From: a bacterium
GTDB taxonomy: Bacteria; Bdellovibrionota_C; UBA2361; SZUA-149; JAEUWB01
NCBI GenBank assembly: GCA_016786595.1
Contig: JAEUWB010000035.1
Location: forward strand, 3,182 to 67,181
Length of the DNA stretch: 64,000 nucleotides
Reading direction: 5' to 3'
Each line of letters begins with the position of its first letter. Position 1 is the first letter of the stretch. Below are positions 11,136 to 18,681 of the stretch, in pieces. The notes under the pieces were generated by a model. The model ran no database searches. It was not told where the DNA came from and saw only the letters and a program-made list of their open reading frames with translations. Both the position numbers and the translations under genes were made by a program.

Positions 11136-11899
11136 AGCGAGGTTAAGTGTTTATCCAAAAATTTTTCTAAATGCGAATACGAAATTTTAGCTTTATCTTT
11201 TACATATTGCCCAGTCATTTGCATCATAATCTTCAGGTGTTCAGGGCCATCATTGAGTTCAAAACGAAAGAAATATCCTAGTTCACTTGCAACCTTAGCA
11301 CTAACGAGAAACCGGCCGATACGTCCATTCCCATCAGTATAGGGATGCAGCATTTGAAAATGAAAATAGAGTTTTGCCAACGCACCGATTGCTAACTTTC
11401 GATTACTCGCTAAGTGCTTATTAATATGAAAATCAAGAAAAGCTTGATATTGTTCTTTAACCTCAATCGGATTTGCGTACTGTACTTCTACCAGCTTAGA
11501 ACCTTCTGTCCGCATTGTATAAGCACTGAGGTTAGTTGCGCCGCGATTTTTGCCTGGGGTTTTATCTCTTGGCTTTCCAATCCCACTCATTAAGATTTTG
11601 TGAGCTTGGTCTATATGTTTTGTAGTAATCAATTCATGTTGCAAGAAAATGCGATGAATATAACTTGCGCTTTGAATACCGTTTGTTAATTCAAGGTGTT
11701 CATCAACAGCATGTCCATGGATTACTTTACCGTTTAAGACTTGCTGGGCTTGATATTCTGTGAACGTAGAACCTTCGACTAGTGTTGAGCCAATTAAATG
11801 TCCTTCGATTAAACGCTTAATGAGTTTGTCATAGAGATGTTCTAGCTTTGGATTTAACTCCCTTAATTGCGAGATGCTTTTAGATGATATACTTTTCAT
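11132..11899 (-). CDS. fic: Fic/Doc family protein (AMPylation or related nucleotidyl/phosphocholine transferase)
   Basis: Canonical Fic motif HPYTDGNGRIGR (HPFx[DE]GNGRxxR) at aa 186-197. 255 aa. Confidence 0.8.
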   Translation of the reverse strand: MKSISSKSISQLRELNPKLEHLYDKLIKRLIEGHLIGSTLVEGSTFTEYQAQQVLNGKVIHGHAVDEHLELTNGIQSASYIHRIFLQHELITTKHIDQAHKILMSGIGKPRDKTPGKNRGATNLSAYTMRTEGSKLVEVQYANPIEVKEQYQAFLDFHINKHLASNRKLAIGALAKLYFHFQMLHPYTDGNGRIGRFLVSAKVASELGYFFRFELNDGPEHLKIMMQMTGQYVKDKAKISYSHLEKFLDKHLTSL

Positions 11900-12225
11900 G
11901 ATTTGATTATAGTACGTCTAATAATCAAAGGCAACAGGTGTCTACTGTCAGTAAATCGGAAATTCTGTAACTATTATAAGCTGTTAAATAGTCATTTAAT
12001 TTTGAGAGCTCGTACGGTCAGTAAAACAGCATAACAAATAAGCCTAACTCGTATCTTTGCTTGGAGTTTTTGCAAAAAAATTCGTGAAGGAGTGGGGGCC
12101 TTGCAGTCACTTTAAGTGGCTGAAGAAGAGTGTTCTCTGAAAATTATTTTTTTGCGGTAGAGGAAATTTAATCGCTGTTCAATTGGGTTTGGGGCGTGAG
12201 TACGAGTGGAATTAGCATTGCATTC

Positions 12226-12330
12226 ACGCTTAGGCTTGAACATGCACTTAAACTTATCCTTAGCTTTTGTTCGATTGTCTGAAGTAGATCGAGAAGGGGA
12301 AGCATAAGTTCGGGTGCAAGCCTAAGGCTA
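12226..12330. repeat. Repeat family B, inverted pair (partial reverse copy CTTAGGCTTGAAC..., forward copy GAGAAGGGGAAGCATAAGTTCGGGTGCAAGCCTAAGGC)
   Basis: Matches other copies at 22613-22685, 23323-23408, 49594-49637 and 50073-50103. Confidence 0.55.
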
Positions 12331-12478
12331 AACAGTTTCAACACGCCGATTCCAATCGAACAGCGACAGAGTTATTTAAGGTTTTATTTATTTTTATCAT
12401 GGTGCTTTGTGTCTTCACTCGAGCGCTTGGAAGTGAATCGTCACTTTCCAGAGTTCGTTCGGAGGACACAACAAAACC

Positions 12479-13354
12479 ATGTGGATCATTCTACTTATCG
12501 TCATCGCCGTTGCCGCGCTTTGCGCGTGGTGGGCGATCATCAACGCCAAGGAGTTAGCGAAAGCTAACTCCGAACTCAAGACTCTCAGGGCCAACTCAGC
12601 GGCCCAGACCGACCCGCTCGCAACGCAGATAACTGCGATGCAAGAGCAAGCGACAATCGATGCAGCAGAGAGAGATACTCTGAGGCAGAAATTGGCCAAC
12701 GCGGAAGCCTTGCTCAAGCAAAAGACCGAACTTGCTTCGACTGCACAGGAAACCAGCAAGCAAACTGGCTTTCAACTCAAGAATGCTCAGGATGCGCTGA
12801 AGCTCGCCCAGCAGCAGATCGATGCGCTCCAAAAAGAAGTCGCAACGCTGCAGGCGAAGTGCGACCCGACCTTGCTTGATCAGCTCAAAGCTGCGCAGGC
12901 AGAGCTCGAGACTACTCTCAAGCAAGTCGAAGCTCTGAACAAGGACAAAGAGCGTCTGCAGAAGGCGATCGAGGAAGGACAGGCAAAGGTTGCAGATCTG
13001 GAGAAGAGCAACGCGGGTCTCCGCAAGTATCTCCTCTGGTTCCAGCGCCTCTGGGCGTCTCTTGGGGACTATCCCAAGGCGTTTGGTGGCACTGACAAGG
13101 AGCTTGGCGCTTGGGATACGGTCGAAGAGGCTGATGTCCAAGCGCTCTGCAATAGAGTCGTTGCCTTCCATAAAGTTGCGATTCTGCTTGCTGGTGTGAT
13201 TGACAACATCGCTCGCCAAGTTGGTGACAACTTCCCGACTGCTGTTCAGATCGTCTCCGGCAAGGATGACGCTCGCAATCGCTTGAAGGACTTGATCGCC
13301 AAGCTTCAACTTCGGCAGGAAGATAAACCAGCCGAAGCGGAGCAAGGTAAGTAG
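12479..13354 (+). CDS. Membrane-anchored coiled-coil protein (N-terminal TM helix, about 250 aa heptad-repeat region); high-G+C gene
   Basis: TM segment MWIILLIVIAVAALCAWWAII followed by long coiled-coil-like sequence (LKQKTELAST..., ELETTLKQVEALNKDKERLQKAIEEGQAKVADLEK). Preceded by GGAGGA N ACAACAAAACCATG. Antisense ORFs 12596-13411 and 12918-13409 are interpreted as high-G+C artefacts. Confidence 0.55.
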   Translation: MWIILLIVIAVAALCAWWAIINAKELAKANSELKTLRANSAAQTDPLATQITAMQEQATIDAAERDTLRQKLANAEALLKQKTELASTAQETSKQTGFQLKNAQDALKLAQQQIDALQKEVATLQAKCDPTLLDQLKAAQAELETTLKQVEALNKDKERLQKAIEEGQAKVADLEKSNAGLRKYLLWFQRLWASLGDYPKAFGGTDKELGAWDTVEEADVQALCNRVVAFHKVAILLAGVIDNIARQVGDNFPTAVQIVSGKDDARNRLKDLIAKLQLRQEDKPAEAEQGK

Positions 13355-13356
13355 AA

Positions 13357-13431
13357 AGGAGTGTGTCCTCTTGGGGCGGAAAAGAGAAATCTGATCCGCC
13401 CCTGAACACACTCCTCCTACGACTTTTTTGG
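13357..13431 (+). terminator. Rho-independent terminator-like long GC-rich hairpin followed by a T-run
   Basis: AGGAGTGTGTCCTCTTGGGGCGG ... CCGCCCCTGAACACACTCCTCC, then TACGACTTTTTTGGG. Confidence 0.5.
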
Positions 13432-13630
13432 GCGACCTTTTTTGGCTACCTTTAGGTTACGAAACTCTGTCGCGTTCATTTTTATGATGTGATGTGCCGC
13501 AAGGTATAAATGTTTTTGCCTTGCACCCGCTGTGCGGGAGATTGCCGCGGCTACTAACGTAGCCTCGCAATGACAGTGAATGTCATTTTTATGATGTGAT
13601 GCAAAGCCAGTAGTCAATGGCATTACTGGC

Positions 13631-13757
13631 GTCATCTCGACCGAAGTAGTTCGTCTAAAATTTGTTTTAGACGAATTACGAGTGGAGAGATCTCCTAGAA
13701 TGATCCATTCTAGGATTTGGAGATTTCTCGACTCCACTTCGTGTCGCTCGAAATGAC
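13631..13757. repeat. Repeat family A: forward copy with a hairpin insertion (13631-13695) and a compact reverse copy (13715-13757), separated by the palindrome TAGAATGATCCATTCTAGG
   Basis: GTCATCTCGACCG...GAGTGGAGAGATCTCC on the forward strand, and on the reverse strand GTCATTTCGAGCGACACGAAGTGGAGTCGAGAAATCTCCAAAT. The whole 13417-13870 spacer is repeat-rich, including two copies of CATTTTTATGATGTGATG at 13474 and 13577. Confidence 0.6.
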
Positions 13758-13969
13758 GGTGCTTGTAGTTTTAAGCTGCTTTAGCAATCTCCAGCGCAAG
13801 CGGGGTTAGTGCTTTTAGTGTGTTCTTTGAAAATTTAATATGGGTGAGATTGGGAATATTTTAAGGTTATTATTTGTTTTATTTTTCATCGCTAATACGT
13901 TGTTTGGATTCCTCCCTGGTTTGCATTTTACCTGAAGTGCAAAGCCTGGAGGAATCCGACAACAAAACT

Positions 13970-15109
13970 ATGAAACTTTTCGATTGGCTTAACGGCCGCT
14001 TCGCCAGCGGCACCTCGTCAACCACGACCCCGCCGCCAGCGGCAGGGTCCACGACTTCGACTTCGACTCCGGCGGCAGCGCCAGCTCCGAGCCTTGTGAA
14101 ACAAGGATTCGGAGTCTTCGTGCGGACAGGGTTTTTCCTGGCCGCCTTCATCGTCGTCGGCGCGATCGCATTCTTTGCGATTCGTGCCGCCGTCCATAAG
14201 TCGCCCGAACAGGTGACTAAAGAGCGCGAGGCGAACGAACTTCGCATCGCGCAAGAAGAGAAGGTAAAAGCGGCCAAGGCTGCCTGGGACAAACCCAAGG
14301 CAGCATACGAAGACGCCGCTGCGGAACTTCCGGCGAAAGCTGAGGAAGTCCGCAAGGCCTTTGCCGCTCTCGACACCGTCGAGTTTGGCTCCGATGATCT
14401 CCACCCTGTGTGGAAGACCATGAAGGGCCGCGTTGACGGATTCTCTGATGAGAACGTCGACAAACTCCTCGATGCTGCTGAGCAAGCTGCCATCGCCGCC
14501 GAGACCAAGAAATCTCAAGGCCTCGATATTGCATGGCCAAGCGCTGAAACGGCAGTCGTTGAAGATGCTCTCGCGAAAGCGAAGGCACTCATCGGCGACA
14601 TTGCGGCTCTCGAAGCCAAGGGCACGTCCTTCACTGGAACCCCTGGCGCCGAGACTGCGTTAGCACGCTTCACGCGGGAAACCTCCGAACACGCTGCGGA
14701 TGTGGCGAAAGAAGAGGCGGATGCGAAAGTTGAGGACGCAAAGTTCGAGGCGGTCTGCTACGCGCAGTTCGACAAAATGGTCCTTAACGTGGATGCTAAA
14801 GGCAACCCGACGCCTCGAAAGATGCGCTGGCAAGCTCGCAGCATGTATCAGCTCGGCGAAAGTCTTCGCGAGTTCGAGACCGCCGTGTCTCTTGTCGCCA
14901 AGAAGGACAAGGCACGAGTGGGCTTTCTCTACGGTAATCCCGAAGAGATCAAAAAAGCCCACAAGTTTCTCAAAACTTGGATCGTCAACAACTTCGCTGA
15001 GTTTCTCACGGATCAAGAAGCACGCGACCTCGGTCAAGCGCTTCGCTATCCTGAGATCAAAGAGGTCCCCGACGTTGACGACATCAAGTCGCGCTGGAGT
15101 ATCGAGTGA
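13970..15109 (+). CDS. Membrane-anchored Ala/Glu/Lys-rich coiled-coil protein with a Thr/Pro/Ala-rich N-terminal linker; high-G+C gene. The ORF track starts it at 13874, but ATG 13970 carries the conserved leader.
   Basis: GGAGGAATCCGACAACAAAACTATG is a leader nearly identical to that of the 12479 gene. Low-complexity STTTPPPAAGSTTSTSTPAAAPAPS, TM helix FFLAAFIVVGAIAFFAI, then about 300 aa of charged helical sequence. Many long antisense ORFs (13879-14508, 14018-14518, 14217-14588, 14660-15037) indicate high G+C. Confidence 0.55.
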   Translation: MKLFDWLNGRFASGTSSTTTPPPAAGSTTSTSTPAAAPAPSLVKQGFGVFVRTGFFLAAFIVVGAIAFFAIRAAVHKSPEQVTKEREANELRIAQEEKVKAAKAAWDKPKAAYEDAAAELPAKAEEVRKAFAALDTVEFGSDDLHPVWKTMKGRVDGFSDENVDKLLDAAEQAAIAAETKKSQGLDIAWPSAETAVVEDALAKAKALIGDIAALEAKGTSFTGTPGAETALARFTRETSEHAADVAKEEADAKVEDAKFEAVCYAQFDKMVLNVDAKGNPTPRKMRWQARSMYQLGESLREFETAVSLVAKKDKARVGFLYGNPEEIKKAHKFLKTWIVNNFAEFLTDQEARDLGQALRYPEIKEVPDVDDIKSRWSIE

Positions 15110-15138
15110 GGCGGTGATGAAACTGTTGTCGGAAAAGT

Positions 15139-15185
15139 TCGAGAGTGGCCCAAAAGGCCCTCTCGACTTTTCCCTACTGTTTTTG
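15139..15185 (+). terminator. Terminator-like hairpin after the second high-G+C gene
   Basis: TCGAGAGTGGCC CAAAA GGCCCTCTCGA followed by CTTTTCCCTACTGTTTTT. Confidence 0.4.
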
Positions 15186-15282
15186 AGATTCCCAATCTCC
15201 CCGCCCTTTTATAATGATCGGGTTTAGATTGAATGATACAAATCGAATCAAGCAGTCATAACAATTACAAGAGTTTAAATTA

Positions 15283-15717
15283 ATGGACGAGAATTTAGAA
15301 AATTTAAAGCCAGCAAGGCTTGGCATCAAGGGTAAAATATTCTTTATTTCCTGTGGCTTAGGCTTTTTAGCCTTAGGCGTCTACGGTTCGGATTATATTG
15401 GAACAAATGGCCATGCATTTACCGCATCTGAAGAATCAGCAAGTTCTGTAAATGCAAACTATATTTGGGGCACTACTCCTTCTGGGGCTAGGCGGCCGAA
15501 TCCTGACATGGGATTTTTACAGAAAATCTTCTGCCGTGGGCGGAAAACATCAAGTTTCTGCACAGTCGAAGGATATCGCAGTGGCGATAACTACTTACAC
15601 CCATATTATCAATGGTGGTCAGACTGGGCCGCTCGCCCAGATGTAGATCTCGATGCACGCGGTAAACATGCCGCAGAGATGGAAGATATGGTCGGTAAGG
15701 CTCCAAATTCATTATAG
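15283..15717 (+). CDS. Hypothetical protein with an N-terminal hydrophobic segment
   Basis: ORF with TM or signal-like FFISCGLGFLALGVYG. No recognisable motif. Confidence 0.4.
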   Translation: MDENLENLKPARLGIKGKIFFISCGLGFLALGVYGSDYIGTNGHAFTASEESASSVNANYIWGTTPSGARRPNPDMGFLQKIFCRGRKTSSFCTVEGYRSGDNYLHPYYQWWSDWAARPDVDLDARGKHAAEMEDMVGKAPNSL

Positions 15718-15818
15718 TTTTTCTGGTTTAAACAATAATCGCATTTGAAAGGCACATCTTTTATTACAATCGCCATAACAGTTCTAGAAGTTAAAAATAC
15801 CTTAAGAGTTTAAGATTT

Positions 15819-16280
15819 ATGGATGTATTGAGCAAAGCAAATCTAAAAAAAATAAAGCTAAATTATTCGAAAGCTTGTAGCAGTTTTTATTCGCACTATC
15901 TGACTTTTACCTATCAACATCAGACCTTGATGTTGTTTGCACTTGGTTTTGTTACGCTAGCATGCGGACTTACAAGTGTTGCCATTGCTCAAGATGTAGG
16001 AATCGGTGACCCAAACTCAACAGGCGATACCAGAATCGGGGTATTTGCATGTCGGTTAATCCAACTTATTGAAGGTAATCTCGGCGCACTAATTATGATT
16101 GTCGCTGGTCTTGGCACAGTTATTTCTGCTGCGCTTGGCAGTTATGGACAAGCATTAAGTTTGCTGGTCGTGGCTTGTGCTTCATTTACACTGCGCTCAT
16201 TTGTAAGAATGTTTTTCGGCTATAATGGCGCTACAGTTCTAAATTGCGGAAATGGCGGAGGTTCTTCTTCGGCCGGTTAA
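15819..16280 (+). CDS. Small double-hydrophobic-segment membrane protein, candidate VirB2/TrbC-like T4SS pilin (hypothesis)
   Basis: Possible internal start at MLFALGFVTLACGLTSVAIA (signal-like). The mature part has two hydrophobic stretches (CRLIQLIEGNLGALIMIVAGLGTVISAALG and QALSLLVVACASF) and a Gly-rich C-terminus (GNGGGSSSAG), which resembles VirB2-type pilins. Followed by a strong terminator. Confidence 0.4.
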   Translation: MDVLSKANLKKIKLNYSKACSSFYSHYLTFTYQHQTLMLFALGFVTLACGLTSVAIAQDVGIGDPNSTGDTRIGVFACRLIQLIEGNLGALIMIVAGLGTVISAALGSYGQALSLLVVACASFTLRSFVRMFFGYNGATVLNCGNGGGSSSAG

Positions 16281-16305
16281 GTTAAAAATTTCATTTATCG
16301 CCCTA

Positions 16306-16346
16306 GAGCAGGTTTATGTGTTGCACGCTGACCTGCTCTTTTTTTG
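16306..16346 (+). terminator. Rho-independent terminator
   Basis: GAGCAGGT TTATGTGTTGCACGCTG ACCTGCTC followed by TTTTTTT. Confidence 0.65.
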
Positions 16347-16461
16347 TACACGACTTGAGCTCTACTCTGCCTTTTTGTTCTTTTCCAGCTAGAGCAGCTT
16401 TCCCAAAACATTCAGTGTCGCCTGTTTGGAGATCCTTCGGCTGTGCCGAGCAAAAATAAAT

Positions 16462-16563
16462 TTGGCTCGTGCTCGCTCAGGATGACAATCTTTTTAGCGT
16501 TATAGATAATAAATACCGTCATCTCGAGCGAGCACGAAGTGCGAGTCGAGAGATCTCCAAAAA
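16462..16563. repeat. Repeat family A inverted pair (reverse copy about 16462-16488, forward copy 16518-16560)
   Basis: GGCTCGTGCTCGCTCAGGATGAC (rc GTCATCCTGAGCGAGCACGAG), then GTCATCTCGAGCGAGCACGAAGTGCGAGTCGAGAGATCTCCAAAAA. The two copies can form a long hairpin. Confidence 0.65.
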
Positions 16564-16583
16564 TAAAACTACGAAAAGAGTGG

Positions 16584-17552
16584 CTACGACTGCCGCATGG
16601 AAGTGCGCAGCATCTCGGCCATAGCCAGCACCGTGCTGATATATGGCTCGGAGCGATTGTAGTGCCAAATTGCCTGACGCTTTGCGCTAGAAGTCATCTG
16701 TGCGCTGCTCCAGCCATGATGCGCAAGGAATTTTGCAACAGAATTAATTGCATCAGCAGGAGTGAAGATATCGACCCGGCCATTCCTGTCTCCATCTACA
16801 CCATAAGCGAGCACGTTTCCCGGAAGAAACTGAGGAATACCGAGCGCCCCGGCACCCGAGCCCCGTAAATCAAGCGGGCTTAAATTTGAGCGCGACGCTA
16901 GAATAATTGCCGCAACCACGTGCGGCATAAAAGTGTCTTCGAGATACTTTGCCCGCTGATATACAGCTTCTCGAGTTACATTTGGGTTTTCGGCTTTACG
17001 TCTGCGATATGTCGCCTCGAGGCTTTCTGCATCGGTTGCATTTGCCAGGCGTAGTAATCCATGGAAGGTAGGACGTTTGCCAGTATTTTTCCCGCAATAA
17101 GTTTCGACTTGTAGAATCGATAAAATCACACTTGCCGGAACATTAAACTCAGTTTCAGCACGAAGAAAATCTGTGCGGTGCTTACGATAGAAATTTAAAG
17201 CATTGGCGCGATTACGTTTGGTGTTAAGTTTGCGGTAAGGGTAGTGCGATTCACGTGGGTTAAGTGAGAAAATCAAAGGTTCATGGCGCGGTAGGCGCGG
17301 GTCAGATAAAATTGCTTCAAGGTGCTTTGGATCTATGCCCTTAGTGCTCAGGATTTTAAAGGCATGATCCCAGCCTCGTAAGCCCTGTTTTGGTTGATAT
17401 GAAGTGACCGTGCTCGATTGTTGCTGAGTAAAAAAGGGCTCTTTGCTTAATTCTTGTGAGAGTTTGCTTGCTAACATTGTGTCGATGGCAAACGCCGGAG
17501 ACGTGGCCCCCAGAATAATCAAGCTTAAATGTGCAAAGACACTTTTTTTCAT
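16584..17552 (-). CDS. mltB: Lytic murein transglycosylase (MltB family)
   Basis: Signal peptide MKKSVFAHLSLIILGATSPAFA, catalytic-region LSILQVETYCGKNTG, and C-terminal GAGALGIPQFLPGNVLAYGVDGDRNGRVDIF...AHHGW, typical of MltB-type transglycosylases. Confidence 0.85.
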   Translation of the reverse strand: MKKSVFAHLSLIILGATSPAFAIDTMLASKLSQELSKEPFFTQQQSSTVTSYQPKQGLRGWDHAFKILSTKGIDPKHLEAILSDPRLPRHEPLIFSLNPRESHYPYRKLNTKRNRANALNFYRKHRTDFLRAETEFNVPASVILSILQVETYCGKNTGKRPTFHGLLRLANATDAESLEATYRRRKAENPNVTREAVYQRAKYLEDTFMPHVVAAIILASRSNLSPLDLRGSGAGALGIPQFLPGNVLAYGVDGDRNGRVDIFTPADAINSVAKFLAHHGWSSAQMTSSAKRQAIWHYNRSEPYISTVLAMAEMLRTSMRQS

Positions 17553-17683
17553 CAGCCTTAGTCAATACTTATCATTCTACTATATGAGCAAGGAATGTTC
17601 TTTGTCGACAAAAATCTTGTAGAATAAGCGTTCAGGAAAGTAAAAGTTGGATAAAGCACTCCGCTTGGGTGTGCCCGGACTTT

Positions 17684-18661
17684 TTATAGCCAATCGGTGT
17701 TTTGGTACTGAATCGAATAGGGGTTTGCGAAATAGCCATTTTCGATCTTTTCTTTCAGTCCAACTAGGCTTGCTTCCAAGGAATACTTCGGGGTCCAGTC
17801 TAAAATTTTCTCAATCTTTGTCGAGGAAAGATGGTAATTTAAAAGGTCAGCATCCTCTTCTCCAATTTCAACTGCAGTGCCTGGAACCAGGCTATTAACA
17901 ACCTGAACAACGTCACTGACGGCTAGATTCTGGTCATTGTCTCCCAGATTAAAGGTCTCTCCGCTAATTAAATTTACATGAGCCCGGAGACAAGCCAAGA
18001 TTGCTTGAGCTACATCATCAACATGAATCATCGCCCGGCATTGCTCGGCGCTACCAATAAAAATTGACTTTTTGCATACAGCGTCGCGCATTAATTGATT
18101 TGCTACCGCATCAAAGCGCATCCGCGGAGAAAATCCATGACACTGTGCGATGCGTAGCACAGTAGAGTGAATCCCGGTGCGCTTGGCCCGAATCACGCGC
18201 TCTTCCATGCGCAGCTTTAAGCGCGCGTAAAGACTCACAGGTTCAGGGGTGGTAGTTTCAAAAACAACGCCACTGACATTGCCATAGACGCTGTCTGTCG
18301 AGGCGAAAATAAAGCGCTCCACTCCGTGCTCAATTGCAGCATCAAGCGCTACCGTTGAGGCAAGAAAATTAACATCGCGAATACCTGAATGCTTAACTTC
18401 TTGAAAACGGTGTCCGACCACAGCGGCAAGTAGGACAACAGCCTCGGCATCTCTGACTGCATGCGAAACTTCACGGACGTCACAGAGATCGCCATCCAGA
18501 ATTTCTAAATCGGGGGAATCAAGCCCTTTTAATCCATCATCGCCATAGCGAAAATTATCTAGCACTCTGACAGCGAAGCCATGATTGATTAAGTGCCGCA
18601 CAAGACTGGAGCCGATATATCCCGCGCCACCAAAAACGACAATTCTGGGTTTTGTAGTCAT
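17684..18661 (-). CDS. NAD-dependent epimerase/dehydratase (SDR family, GalE-like)
   Basis: N-terminal Rossmann motif IVVFGGAGYIGSSLVRHL. 325 aa. Confidence 0.8.
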   Translation of the reverse strand: MTTKPRIVVFGGAGYIGSSLVRHLINHGFAVRVLDNFRYGDDGLKGLDSPDLEILDGDLCDVREVSHAVRDAEAVVLLAAVVGHRFQEVKHSGIRDVNFLASTVALDAAIEHGVERFIFASTDSVYGNVSGVVFETTTPEPVSLYARLKLRMEERVIRAKRTGIHSTVLRIAQCHGFSPRMRFDAVANQLMRDAVCKKSIFIGSAEQCRAMIHVDDVAQAILACLRAHVNLISGETFNLGDNDQNLAVSDVVQVVNSLVPGTAVEIGEEDADLLNYHLSSTKIEKILDWTPKYSLEASLVGLKEKIENGYFANPYSIQYQNTDWL

Positions 18662-18681
18662 ATTCCAACTGAGCTTAAATA

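Noticed and set aside
13417-13737. ORF 13417-13737 (-), 106 aa
   Set aside because: Lies entirely within the repeat-rich spacer composed of family-A copies and palindromes. The translation has no features. Considered spurious.
12596-15037. Long antisense and alternative-frame ORFs in the high-G+C island (for example 12596-13411 at 271 aa, 12918-13409, 13879-14508, 14018-14518, 14217-14588, 14433-14663, 14660-15037, 14700-15227)
   Set aside because: Their abundance on both strands is a compositional artefact of high G+C (few stop codons). Their translations are Arg/Pro/Ser-rich low-complexity sequences, whereas the chosen + strand frames have TM anchors, heptad periodicity and conserved leaders.
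16539-16868. ORF 16539-16868 (+), 109 aa
   Set aside because: Starts inside a family-A repeat and runs antisense through the 3-prime end of mltB. Spurious.
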